From assembly GCA_963663165.1 (NCBI GenBank), contig OY760175.1, forward strand, positions 480,001 through 544,000: DNA of 64,000 nucleotides, written 5' to 3'. The DNA comes from an uncultured Desulfospira sp. GTDB taxonomy: Bacteria; Desulfobacterota; Desulfobacteria; Desulfobacterales; Desulfobacteraceae. Below are positions 9,040 to 18,193 of this stretch, piece after piece. Each line of letters starts with the position of its first letter. Positions within the stretch are counted from its first letter, which is position 1. A program made the translations under genes and the position numbers. A model generated the notes under the pieces. It made no database searches, had not been told where the DNA came from, and worked only from the letters and a program-made list of their open reading frames with translations.

Positions 9040-11418
9040 ATGGAAAAAAATGATTCTGCAATGGACTCCCCAAGGAGAACCGGGGCGACGGTAGAGCAGG
9101 TGGCAGGGACTTCATCCATCCAGTCCGTGGATGATACCTTAGCCCTTTTAGACCGGGAAATCAGCAATTGGGAACGGTTCAAGCCGGTTCCTTTTGAAAC
9201 CTACCTTAAAATCCTTACCCAGAGTCCATCCCAGGTATTGAGAAATATTTTCCAGACCTTTCATGACATGATTAAAAGTTATGTGGAAGAAACCCAGGAG
9301 GAACTCGAAGACCGAAAAGATTCCCGGATGATTTTTACCAAATACGACTGCACCAAACTGTTTTCCGAAGGGTCGGTCAATCCCTATTTTCCAGATATGC
9401 TGTTTGCCAACCGGTTCATGAAGCAGATGGAATACCTGCGCCACGGGGCTCAGCAGAACCGGATCTATGTATTTTACGGCCCCCACGGGTGCGGGAAAAG
9501 CACGTTTTTAAACAATTTGTTAAAAAAATTTCAAATCTATGCCAATTCCGAGGAAGGCCGCCGGTATGAGATTGTCTGGCGTCTGAACATTAAGGACCTT
9601 CAGGACAAGGGGGGCATCATCCCGGTATCCACCTTTGAAAAACTCATTCAATACGTGGAGCAGGAAGATGAGCACAGAGGCCGCAAACATGATGATGAAC
9701 CGGACACCCTTACCGTTCCCAGCAGGGAGCGCGATTATATTGAAATTCCCTGTCTGGCCCATGATAACCCGTTTTTAATTATCCCGGCAGAACAGCGGCG
9801 CAAAGTGCTGGACGGGTTGATCAAAAATGATGAGTTCAAGTGGCGGCTGTTTACGGAAAAAGAGTATGAGTGGGTGTTCAGAGAGGATGTCTGCACGGTC
9901 TGTGCGTCTATCTACAGTTCCCTTTTAGAGCGCCTGGGAAATCCTGTGGAGGTATTTAAAATGCTTTATGTCCGGCCCTATTACTTTAATCGGCGCATTG
10001 GCACGGGCATATCCGTCTTCAACCCCGGAGACCGGCCCTTAAAGCAGAACATCATCTCCAACCGGATGCTTCAAAGTCGGATCAGCTCTTTATTCCAGGA
10101 TTCCAATATCGTTAACTACATTTATTCGAACTTCTCCCGTGTGAACAATGGCATCTATGCCCTCATGGACATCAAATCCAATAATGTGGAGCGGATGGTG
10201 GAGCTTCACAATGTGATTTCAGAAGGGGTTTATAAGGTGGAAAATGTGGAGGAACGGGTGGATGCCCTGTTCTTTGCCCTGATGAACCCGGAGGATAAAC
10301 GCAATTTAAGGGATTTCCCCTCCTTTGACGACCGGATCCAGTACATTGACATCCCCTATGTCCTGGATGTCAAAACAGAGGTTAAAATTTACCTGAATAT
10401 TTTCGGCCGCCATATTGAATCGAGTTTTCTGCCCATGGTTCTGGATAACTTTGCCAGGATCATTATCTGCTCGCGGATCGGCCAGAAATCCCCGGCCCTT
10501 GAAGAGTGGATAAAGGATCCCAAAAAGTATCAGAATTTTTGTGATGAAAATCTGATGCTGCTTAAAATGGAGCTGTATTCGGGCAATATTCCTAAATGGC
10601 TGGACAACGATGATGTCCGGGCCCTTGATAAAAAGCGGATGAAAAGCATTATTGCCGAGTCTGAAGTCTACGGCAAAGAAGGGTTCTCAGGCCGGGACGC
10701 CATTAAAATATTTGACCAGTTTTACTCTAAATATGCCCGGGAGGACCGGCCCATTAACATGGTGGATCTGTGTACCTTTTTTACCAAACTTGATGTGCTG
10801 CCCAAAAAGAACCTTCCCACGGGATTCTTATTTTCCCTGCTGCGCATGTACGATTATTCGGTTCTTCAGCAGGTCAAGGAATCCCTTTATTATTACAATG
10901 AAAAGCAGATTGCCCGGGATATTAAAAACTATATCTCAGCCGTGACCAATGAACTTGACTCTATCGTGAATTGCATTTTCACCAAAGAGGAAATCCATGT
11001 GACCGAGGCCTTTCTGGAGAGTATTGAAAACCGGCTGCTGCCCGAAAACATGGTCGTTGAAAGACGAAGACAGTTTCGAAACGACGTCCTCAAAGAATAC
11101 ACCACAAGGACCCTGACCCAGGAGATCATGATCGACGGCAAAGATGTTACGGAAACCCGGCTGTTTGAATCCCTGCACGAACGGTATGTCCATAACCTGA
11201 AAAAACAGGTGCTGGAACCGTTTATCGACAATGAAAATTTCAGGAACGCCATCAAGGATTTTGATACCGAAAAATTCAAGACCCATGACAAGCGGATCAA
11301 AAAGGATGTCACTTTTCTGATCGACAACCTGTCCAGCAAGTTTGGCTACTCTTCACAGGGGGCCAATGAGGTCTGCATTTATGTGATCGACAATGATCTG
11401 GCCAAACGGTTTAAGTAG
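9040..11418 (+). CDS. Second, divergent PrkA-like AAA+ protein
   Basis: Walker A GPHGCGKS, IPCLAHDNP, RRIGTGISVFNPGD, C-term FGYSSQGANEVCIYV; Walker B region reads IYALMDI. Confidence 0.85.
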   Translation: MEKNDSAMDSPRRTGATVEQVAGTSSIQSVDDTLALLDREISNWERFKPVPFETYLKILTQSPSQVLRNIFQTFHDMIKSYVEETQEELEDRKDSRMIFTKYDCTKLFSEGSVNPYFPDMLFANRFMKQMEYLRHGAQQNRIYVFYGPHGCGKSTFLNNLLKKFQIYANSEEGRRYEIVWRLNIKDLQDKGGIIPVSTFEKLIQYVEQEDEHRGRKHDDEPDTLTVPSRERDYIEIPCLAHDNPFLIIPAEQRRKVLDGLIKNDEFKWRLFTEKEYEWVFREDVCTVCASIYSSLLERLGNPVEVFKMLYVRPYYFNRRIGTGISVFNPGDRPLKQNIISNRMLQSRISSLFQDSNIVNYIYSNFSRVNNGIYALMDIKSNNVERMVELHNVISEGVYKVENVEERVDALFFALMNPEDKRNLRDFPSFDDRIQYIDIPYVLDVKTEVKIYLNIFGRHIESSFLPMVLDNFARIIICSRIGQKSPALEEWIKDPKKYQNFCDENLMLLKMELYSGNIPKWLDNDDVRALDKKRMKSIIAESEVYGKEGFSGRDAIKIFDQFYSKYAREDRPINMVDLCTFFTKLDVLPKKNLPTGFLFSLLRMYDYSVLQQVKESLYYYNEKQIARDIKNYISAVTNELDSIVNCIFTKEEIHVTEAFLESIENRLLPENMVVERRRQFRNDVLKEYTTRTLTQEIMIDGKDVTETRLFESLHERYVHNLKKQVLEPFIDNENFRNAIKDFDTEKFKTHDKRIKKDVTFLIDNLSSKFGYSSQGANEVCIYVIDNDLAKRFK

Positions 11419-11444
11419 TGTTTGAACGAAAAGCCCGCTTAATT

Positions 11445-12407
11445 TTACAGATTACAAAAAACCTGTTGAACCCGCTGTTGAAGATCATCCCGGATCTGTC
11501 TTAACTGCTCAAGGGACGGGTTTTCCAAAGCCGGCACATCCCAGGTTTCAATTGCCGCTGATGATAAAGATGCCGGCAGATCACCATCCTTACCCAGCCA
11601 GACAACCCTGTCGAAAGAAGACGTTTCCAGGGGTAAGGCTGACGGGGCCAAAAATTTTATGTCCAGCTGTTTTTCGGCCATGACGTCAATCCCAGGCGCA
11701 AAGATCTCGGGGGCCGGGTCAATCCCCGCCGTGGCGACATGATAAAGGCCCTGATCCATACTTCTTAGAAAAGCCGCGGCCATCTGGCTGCGGCAGGCAT
11801 CCTTTAAGGAAACAAACAAAACCCTTTGCCGGGAAAGAACCGGCCGGCAAAGGGTTTCAACGGCTTTTGCCACATCTTCCTTAACCCCGGGATGGGCGGC
11901 CATGTCCCCGGGGGATTCAATGTGCCGGTAACCGAGCATGCCCTGATACGACACCGACAGGGCGTCAAAAAAGATTTTGGCAGTCAGTTCCATACCATCA
12001 AAGAGTTTTTTCCCGCCGGACCCGCCGCAGGACAGTAAGAATCCCTGGCGGATCCCGGCATTGGGCTCTTTGAGCCCAAGCTTATACTTCCGGCCCCAGA
12101 ATACCTGGCACCGGTCAATCAGGGTCTTGAGCTGGGCCGTGACATTGTAAAAAAACACGGGCGAGGCCAATACGATGAGATCAGCCCTTTTGATGGCGGC
12201 ATAGACCTGGTCCATTTCATCTTTAATGGGACAGAACCCTTTTTTTTCACAGACAATCAGCTCTTTGCACGGCTTTATGTCCAGGCCCGGGGCATGGATG
12301 GTCTCTACTGTGGCGCCAAGGTCCCGGGCCTTGTCACTGAACATAGAGACAAGGTCCCGGGTATTCCCGTTTTTCCTTGGGCTTCCCTGCAAACAGAGGA
12401 TGTGCAT
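11445..12407 (-). CDS. Flavodoxin-like (iron-sulfur flavoprotein/NADPH-FMN reductase) domain fused to an ArsC/LMW-PTP-like domain
   Basis: GSPRKNGNT, PCKELIVCEKKGFC, SPVFFYNVTAQLKTLIDR; C-term VLFVSLKDACRSQMAAAF...TAGIDP. Confidence 0.85.
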   Translation of the reverse strand: MHILCLQGSPRKNGNTRDLVSMFSDKARDLGATVETIHAPGLDIKPCKELIVCEKKGFCPIKDEMDQVYAAIKRADLIVLASPVFFYNVTAQLKTLIDRCQVFWGRKYKLGLKEPNAGIRQGFLLSCGGSGGKKLFDGMELTAKIFFDALSVSYQGMLGYRHIESPGDMAAHPGVKEDVAKAVETLCRPVLSRQRVLFVSLKDACRSQMAAAFLRSMDQGLYHVATAGIDPAPEIFAPGIDVMAEKQLDIKFLAPSALPLETSSFDRVVWLGKDGDLPASLSSAAIETWDVPALENPSLEQLRQIRDDLQQRVQQVFCNL

Positions 12408-12427
12408 AATGCTGCCTTTGTAATGAA

Positions 12428-12504
12428 GTGTTTGGACGAAAAGTCACCATTCGGCTGCGCCTTGTATCTCAAGCAAGGTTTCGTTCAAACACGGGTTTTC
12501 GTCC
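12428..12504. repeat. REP/MITE-like element with terminal inverted repeats
   Basis: GTGTTTGGACGAAA (12428-12441) and TTTCGTTCAAACAC (12479-12492), plus a partial extra end; related half-sites at 11418, 22913, 35381 and 45435. Confidence 0.65.
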
Positions 12505-12509
12505 TGACC

Positions 12510-12869
12510 TTAAAGACTGATAACAGCCGCGTCACAGGAAAGGTTGATAAATTCCGCTGCTGTGGCCATCCTGGCCCCTTCTATCAGGTCTTCTTCCTTG
12601 ATCTGCCGGGCACTGGCGCAGGGCGTACAGACCAGAATGGGGACCTCGTGGGCCTGCAGGTAGGCCAGAAGGTCGTCGGCCACATCGCCGGTGGCGGCCC
12701 TGACATGGGTGATGATGCCTTCTTTGGCCAGGTAAACCCCCTCGTCCAGCAGGAAAATACAGGTGTTTTTCCCTTCCTTGTGGGCAATGGTGGCCAGATG
12801 AATGGCCCGGGTGGCCCGGTTGGTGTCATTGGTTCCGCAGGATAATGCGACTACGACATTGTTGGTCAT
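12510..12869 (-). CDS. DsrE/DsrF-family protein
   Basis: IFLLDEGVYLA, LVCTPCASARQI; AGGAG RBS. Confidence 0.88.
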   Translation of the reverse strand: MTNNVVVALSCGTNDTNRATRAIHLATIAHKEGKNTCIFLLDEGVYLAKEGIITHVRAATGDVADDLLAYLQAHEVPILVCTPCASARQIKEEDLIEGARMATAAEFINLSCDAAVISL

Positions 12870-12890
12870 GATAAGCTCCTTGTTTTAAAA

Positions 12891-12977
12891 GCTGTTAGTA
12901 ATTAGCTATTAGCCGTTAGCCATTCATATCACCTGTGGGTTAATCGTTGAGGGCTAAAAGCTAAAAGCTAATGGCTA
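12891..12977. repeat. Heptamer tandem-repeat palindrome (TAGCNRT family)
   Basis: GCTGTTA/GTAATTA/GCTATTA/GCCGTTA/GCCATTC, then inverted GCTAAAA/GCTAAAA/GCTAATG/GCTA. Confidence 0.8.
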
Positions 12978-13184
12978 TCTATCAATCGGCCATTCCTGGT
13001 CTTTTTCTTCGCTGAAGACCAGAAATCTGTCCTTGACCAGCTCCTTGCCGGACATCGGACAGCGCAAGGTGATTTTAAAGTCTGAAACCTTAATGATTTC
13101 CCAGTCCCCTTTAAGGGGAGAGTCTTCGATCCTGATTTTCTGGCCCGGCACCAGAGGGCAGGGCTTGAACAGGGTTACTTTCAT
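12975..13184 (-). CDS. Small hypothetical protein
   Basis: 69 aa, GAGGA RBS, co-oriented within the operon. Confidence 0.7.
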   Translation of the reverse strand: MKVTLFKPCPLVPGQKIRIEDSPLKGDWEIIKVSDFKITLRCPMSGKELVKDRFLVFSEEKDQEWPIDR

Positions 13185-13197
13185 GTGAAATCCTCGA

Positions 13198-13821
13198 TTA
13201 CCGGAATTCTATCCGGGTTTCTTTGGGGTGCCGGTATCGTTTGGGTTGTTCATTGAGCCGGTATCCCAAGGCAACAATGACAGCAATTTCAAATGTCCGG
13301 GTATCAATGGACAGGGCTTTTTCAGCCTTGTCTTTTTCAAATCCTTCCATGGGGCAGGAGTCAATCCCAAGGGCTGCCGCAGCGGTCATGATATTGGCCA
13401 GGGCAATGTAACACTGCTTGGAACTCCAGGCATAGGCGCTCATCCGGGGAAAGACTTCAGTTTCCATGTGGTAGGAATACTTTTTCATGTAAGCGGCTAC
13501 CGCCTTTGGGGACAGGTCTTTTCTTTCAAAGTTTCCCTTTATGTAGGGGGTGTCGGGCGTTGCCGCACCCGGTTGGGCCAGGATCACCACAACGTGGCTG
13601 GAATCGGTGATCTGGGGTTGATTCCAGCAGGCCGGCCGCAACGCCTGCCGGACATCTTCTGATTCCAGCACCAGAAATTTCCAGGCCTCAAGTCCAAAGG
13701 ACGACGGGGACAGCCAGGCCGCTTCCAGGATGCTGCCAAGGTCTTCCCTGGAAATTTTCTTTTCAGGGTCAAATGCCTTGCAGGCATGGCGAAAATTTAA
13801 TGCGTCAACTACCGGGTTCAT
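13198..13821 (-). CDS. Nitroreductase family protein (NfsB-like)
   Basis: RHACKAFD, LSPSSFGLEAWKF, GIDSCPMEGF, VALGYR. Confidence 0.92.
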   Translation of the reverse strand: MNPVVDALNFRHACKAFDPEKKISREDLGSILEAAWLSPSSFGLEAWKFLVLESEDVRQALRPACWNQPQITDSSHVVVILAQPGAATPDTPYIKGNFERKDLSPKAVAAYMKKYSYHMETEVFPRMSAYAWSSKQCYIALANIMTAAAALGIDSCPMEGFEKDKAEKALSIDTRTFEIAVIVALGYRLNEQPKRYRHPKETRIEFR

Positions 13822-14636
13822 GTGGCCTCCATCAATGAGTTGGCAAGGTGTTCGCTTAAAAACATGATGGATTCAATATCCAGGTGGCGGATAATGGTTT
13901 CATCAAATAAAAGTTTGGCATCTGCCTCAAATTCGTCTTTTTCATCCCAGAACAGAAGAACCACCGGAACTTTGGGAAAGCCTGAAAATTCATATGCCAG
14001 ATCCGGGGCTTCATAATCGGCCTTGACGTTTTTTCCGCCAAAGCCTTCACAGGCGGAAACCAGGCGGTCTAAATGTCCGGCAAAGGTCTTTTTTAAAGGG
14101 TTCTCAATATGTTCTCGCATGGACAGGATCTTTGACACGGTATTGGGAAATTCCTTAAGGCTTTTCCTTTTTCCGGTGGGTTCTGTGGACCCTCCCTGGG
14201 CCATGTGAATATAGACAAAGGTCTGTTCGTTACGGCTCAAGGGGCGGCCGGACACATCAGCCACCCCCTGGCTGGTAATGGTAAGGGTTTTATTAAAGCA
14301 GGGCAGGGTAATTTTTTCCTGGCCTGCTTCAATCCCAAAGTCCCCCCCAATCCGCCGGGCAATGTCAGATAGTTCCATGGACGCGGCCTTTTGCCTGGCC
14401 CATTCAAGGGCTTCGGCCGCCATGTCCTTTTTGAGCCATTTGCCTTCCTTGTATTGCTGTTCCAGCTCTTTTTGGGCCGGTTCCAGCACATCTGCCGGGA
14501 TATGGGGGCAGTTTTTGAGGGGATACTTTTCCGACACCACCTTGCCGGCAAAGGCAATGCAGGTCAAAAAACCGCAGTCTTTGCAATTGGTTCTTGGCAG
14601 CACTTTGGCGTAAAGGTCCACAACAGACAGGGCCAT
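13818..14636 (-). CDS. Fe-S domain + DUF3786 protein
   Basis: LPRTNCKDCGFLTCIAFA...CP Fe-S motif; FPKVPVVLLFWDEKDEF...KLLFD typical of DUF3786. Confidence 0.85.
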   Translation of the reverse strand: MALSVVDLYAKVLPRTNCKDCGFLTCIAFAGKVVSEKYPLKNCPHIPADVLEPAQKELEQQYKEGKWLKKDMAAEALEWARQKAASMELSDIARRIGGDFGIEAGQEKITLPCFNKTLTITSQGVADVSGRPLSRNEQTFVYIHMAQGGSTEPTGKRKSLKEFPNTVSKILSMREHIENPLKKTFAGHLDRLVSACEGFGGKNVKADYEAPDLAYEFSGFPKVPVVLLFWDEKDEFEADAKLLFDETIIRHLDIESIMFLSEHLANSLMEAT

Positions 14637-14640
14637 CGGG

Positions 14641-14736
14641 TTAATCCATCAGGTCTAATTTTTCGAGAACTTTAATGCTGGCCTTGTAGGAAACATAGAT
14701 CAGCACCACATAGAGTATTAAATTGATAAATCCCAT
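14641..14736 (-). CDS. 31-aa single-TM peptide, probable cytochrome bd small subunit (CydX/CydY-like)
   Basis: Hand translation MGFINLILYVVLIYVSYKASIKVLEKLDLMD*; AAGGA RBS; lies directly after cydB and stops 4 nt before the next ATG. Confidence 0.75.
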   Translation of the reverse strand: MGFINLILYVVLIYVSYKASIKVLEKLDLMD

Positions 14737-14760
14737 CTTAATATTTTCCTTTTTTGAATT

Positions 14761-14820
14761 TAGCCATTAGCTGTTAGCCGTCAGCAGCTAAAGGGTAACA
14801 GCTAAAAGCTAACAGCTTAA
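14761..14820. repeat. Heptamer tandem-repeat palindrome (TAGCNRT family)
   Basis: TAGCCAT TAGCTGT TAGCCGT ... GGTAACA GCTAAAA GCTAACA GCTT. Confidence 0.8.
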
Positions 14821-14823
14821 TTA

Positions 14824-15963
14824 TTAATACGATTTTTCTTGAATCTCTTCAGTGGTCAGCTTTTTAGAATCCATTAGCTTCCATACATAAGCAATATACG
14901 CCAGAACAAAGGGGACCCCCAATGCCACATAGGTCATGGCCATCAAAGTAAACTGGCTTGACGAGGCGTTGTAAATGGTGAGGCTGGACTGAAGATCTAT
15001 TTTGGACGGGTAAAAAGCCGTATGATTCAAGGCCGGCAGACACAGCACGGTGAGCCCGGCAAATACGGTGCCAAACCCGGCGAACCAGATGCCTTTGGTG
15101 CTGTATTTAAAGGCGCCTAACAGCACTCCGTAAAGGATCAGGATTACTCCGGCCAGCAAAAGGACCAGCAGAACCGGCATCTGCAGAAGGTTGGTCAGAT
15201 ACTTGGAAGAGACCAGGGAGACCACGCCGGCATCGTCCACATGATACCCTTTCATAAACAGGATGCAGACAAGGACATAAAGCAAAAACGGCAGAGCGAT
15301 CAGAAAGCTTTTCCAGACCTGTTCCCGCAGCCGGGTTTCAAGGTTGGGGGTGTTGGACAAATCAATGGAATTGAGCAGGTAAAGCCCGCCCAGAACCCGG
15401 GCATTGAACACCAGAAATATGCCCATGCTCAGGTTGAACAGCGAAAAAGCCGCTTCAAGCCCCCTAAAGTTAAACCCGAAAACAGTAAATCCCCAGGTCA
15501 CCCGGTTGTACATGTCCAGGGTAAAGTTGGCACCGGTGTAAAAGGTGCCCACAGCCGCCCCGATGAGCAAAATGCCCAAAGATCCGTTGATAAAAAGGAA
15601 AAGTTCATACACCCGGGGGCCGAACAGATTTCCCTCTTTTTTCCGGTATTCATAGGACACCGCCTGGATAATAAAGGAGAACAGGATCAGCATCCAGACC
15701 CAGTAGGCTCCCCCGAAGCTGGTGGCATAAAATTTAGGGAAGGCCGCAAACAAGGCCCCGCCAAAAAGAACCAGGGTGGTATAGGGCAGTTCCCATTTCC
15801 GGCCAAGGGCGGTAATGACCAGGGTTTTTTCCGTTTCAGTGGCCGCCACCTGCCATAGCAGGGTCTGGCCCCCCTGGACCAGGTTAAGGAACAGGAACAA
15901 ACTGCCCACAACGGCACAGATGATCCACCAAAGGTTTTGTAAAGTTGTATAATCAAATATCAT
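14824..15963 (-). CDS. cydB: Cytochrome bd oxidase subunit II
   Basis: GRKWELPYTTLVLFGGALFAAFPKFY, SLTIYNASSSQFTL; multi-TM; follows cydA. Confidence 0.93.
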   Translation of the reverse strand: MIFDYTTLQNLWWIICAVVGSLFLFLNLVQGGQTLLWQVAATETEKTLVITALGRKWELPYTTLVLFGGALFAAFPKFYATSFGGAYWVWMLILFSFIIQAVSYEYRKKEGNLFGPRVYELFLFINGSLGILLIGAAVGTFYTGANFTLDMYNRVTWGFTVFGFNFRGLEAAFSLFNLSMGIFLVFNARVLGGLYLLNSIDLSNTPNLETRLREQVWKSFLIALPFLLYVLVCILFMKGYHVDDAGVVSLVSSKYLTNLLQMPVLLVLLLAGVILILYGVLLGAFKYSTKGIWFAGFGTVFAGLTVLCLPALNHTAFYPSKIDLQSSLTIYNASSSQFTLMAMTYVALGVPFVLAYIAYVWKLMDSKKLTTEEIQEKSY

Positions 15964-17501
15964 TTTGACGGCCCTCCTTGCGGTCCTCTGGCGATTTGTT
16001 TTATCATAATGGTGATTTCAGCAATAAGCAGCAGGGTAAACAGTGCTAAAAACAGGATAAAGGTCAGCTGCACATTGCCGGCAGACAGGTTGCTGGTGGC
16101 CACATGAACCGGCAGAAGGTTATTAATGGCCCAGGGTTGGCGTCCGACTTCCGCCACAATCCATCCGGCCTGGGAAGCGATCATGCCAAGTCCCCCTGAA
16201 ATCAGGCCAAGGGCAAGCAGCCATTTTTGCTTGACCAGGCTGTCTTTGAAAATGAAAAAGAGAAACAGGATAAAGATCAAGGGGAACAAAGAGCCTAAGC
16301 CCACCATGATGTGAAAGGCATAATAGGGCATGGCCACCGGCGGAATTGCCTGTTCGGGCTTGTCAAAATGGCCGTATCCCATGTAATCGATGTTTTCTTT
16401 AAAGGCGGCCAGGGCCTTGGTGGCCGCTGTCTCATCCTTGCCGGCCTTGGCCTGTTTGTAAATGGCCAGGTCCTTGAGGGCCTGTTTGCCTTTTACCATC
16501 TTTTCGTTTACACCCTCTACCTTAAATTCTTCGTTCCCATAGGTCAGGTCGTCAATCCCGGGAACAAATGAATCAATGGTGCGGTTGGCCAAAAGGGATA
16601 AAAGGTAGGGGATTTCAATTTTGATGGCAAAGGCGTCCTGGTTGTCCCCGGGCTGTTTGCCCGGGTTTAAAATACCGGCTGCCACAATGGGGGCCTTGGT
16701 CTGGCCTTTGTAGTACCCTTCAATGGCGGCCAGTTTCATGGGCTGGTTCTGGGCCACTTCATAGCCGGACTCGTCCCCGGTCAAAATAACATACCCGGAA
16801 GACAGCAGCCCGAAAACACAGGCAACAGCAAGGGATTTTTTAGCCATCTCAACATGTTTTTTTCTAAACAGATACCAGGAGCAGACCGAAACGACGAACA
16901 GGGAAGACAGCAAGAATCCGGAACTTGAGGCATGGGTGAATTTGGATAAGGCCACCGGGTTAAACACCACGCTAAAAAAGCTTTCCATTTCAAAGCGTGC
17001 CGTATCCGGATTAAAGGCCATGCCCACGGGGTTCTGCATCCAGCCGTTGGCCACCAGTATCCATACGGCGGAAAGGTTGGAGCCCACGGCCACCATCCAG
17101 GTGGAGAACAGGTGAAATTTTTTGGACACCCGGTTCCAGCCAAAAAACATGACCGCAAAAAAGGTGGCCTCGAGAAAAAAGGCAAAAATGCCTTCTATGG
17201 CCAGGGGTGCCCCGAAAATATCGCCCACCATCCAGGAATAATTGGACCAGTTGGTCCCGAATTCAAATTCCAGAATAATTCCCGTGGCAACCCCAATGGC
17301 AAAGTTGATGCCAAACAGGGTCATCCAGAATTTGGTAATGGTCTTCCATTCTTGTTTCCCGGTACGCACATAAATGGATTCATAAAATGCGCACAAAAAA
17401 GACAGCCCCAGGGTCAGGGGGACAAAAATCCAGTGATACATAGCGGTAAGGGCAAATTGCGCCCTTGCCCAGTTCACCATACTCAGGTCAATGTCAATCA
17501 T
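15960..17501 (-). CDS. cydA: Cytochrome bd oxidase subunit I (long Q-loop)
   Basis: RAQFALTAMYHWIFVPL, EFEFGTNWS, QPMKLAAIEG, AEVGRQPW. Confidence 0.97.
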   Translation of the reverse strand: MIDIDLSMVNWARAQFALTAMYHWIFVPLTLGLSFLCAFYESIYVRTGKQEWKTITKFWMTLFGINFAIGVATGIILEFEFGTNWSNYSWMVGDIFGAPLAIEGIFAFFLEATFFAVMFFGWNRVSKKFHLFSTWMVAVGSNLSAVWILVANGWMQNPVGMAFNPDTARFEMESFFSVVFNPVALSKFTHASSSGFLLSSLFVVSVCSWYLFRKKHVEMAKKSLAVACVFGLLSSGYVILTGDESGYEVAQNQPMKLAAIEGYYKGQTKAPIVAAGILNPGKQPGDNQDAFAIKIEIPYLLSLLANRTIDSFVPGIDDLTYGNEEFKVEGVNEKMVKGKQALKDLAIYKQAKAGKDETAATKALAAFKENIDYMGYGHFDKPEQAIPPVAMPYYAFHIMVGLGSLFPLIFILFLFFIFKDSLVKQKWLLALGLISGGLGMIASQAGWIVAEVGRQPWAINNLLPVHVATSNLSAGNVQLTFILFLALFTLLLIAEITIMIKQIARGPQGGPSK

Positions 17502-17542
17502 TTAAGGTTTTCCTCCCTAATTTCGGTATAAGGTGTTTTGGG

Positions 17543-17800
17543 TTAATATTTAAATGGTGCCTGCTCAGAACTTGGCTGGCCGGTGATCTGATCCAGGACG
17601 TAACTTGATTTTTCTTGGGGGGTCTTAAATTTTGAATCCAGAAAATCCGGAAAAAAGAATACTTTTAGAACAGCAAACATGACAAAGAGTTTGATGAAAA
17701 TGATGGTCCATAATTTCTTTCCCAGCACCATCCCTTTAAAACCGTCACGGTAAAATGTGTAGATCCGGGTTACAGGGCGGGTCAGCGAACTGATTTTCAT
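17543..17800 (-). CDS. DUF4492-family membrane protein upstream of cydA
   Basis: FYRDGFKGMVLGKKLWTIIFIKLFVMFAVLKVFFFPDFL. Confidence 0.85.
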   Translation of the reverse strand: MKISSLTRPVTRIYTFYRDGFKGMVLGKKLWTIIFIKLFVMFAVLKVFFFPDFLDSKFKTPQEKSSYVLDQITGQPSSEQAPFKY

Positions 17801-17906
17801 ATCGAACTTCCTTTGCTTGACTGTCCGGCTTAGGTGAAAAATATGTGTTAACCAAATGGGTCACCGTATGGCGATATTTACAGCGGCCATCTAAATGAAA
17901 TAGTTG

Positions 17907-17922
17907 AGCAAGTATCATGCCA
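17907..17922 (-). promoter_or_regulatory. sigma-54 (-24/-12) promoter of the cyd operon
   Basis: TGGCATGATACTTGCT on the minus strand, ~107 nt upstream of DUF4492. Confidence 0.8.
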
Positions 17923-18138
17923 TGGATAGCCGATAAGCGAAACTGAACAAAAAGAGCGGCCGTCTGGTCAATTTTCTTTCATTTGCGGCCGTTCAACCGG
18001 TTGAAAGACAGAACATTTTTATTGAAAAAGCGGATGGTTGTGAGGTCTTCCTGTCTTAACGCCGTTAAAGGTCCTGGGCCGTCTGCGAATGGGAATTTTT
18101 GATAATTTAAAGGTTAAAAAAGCCTGGGATACGGTTGA

Positions 18139-18190
18139 TGTCTCAAACAAAATGTCTCACACAACCGTCCTGTCTCATAGCGCGAGACAG
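18139..18190. promoter_or_regulatory. Candidate enhancer (UAS) for a sigma-54 activator
   Basis: TGTCTCA at 18139, 18153 and 18171; palindrome CTGTCTC-N7-GAGACAG at 18170-18190. Confidence 0.55.
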
Positions 18191-18193
18191 GGA

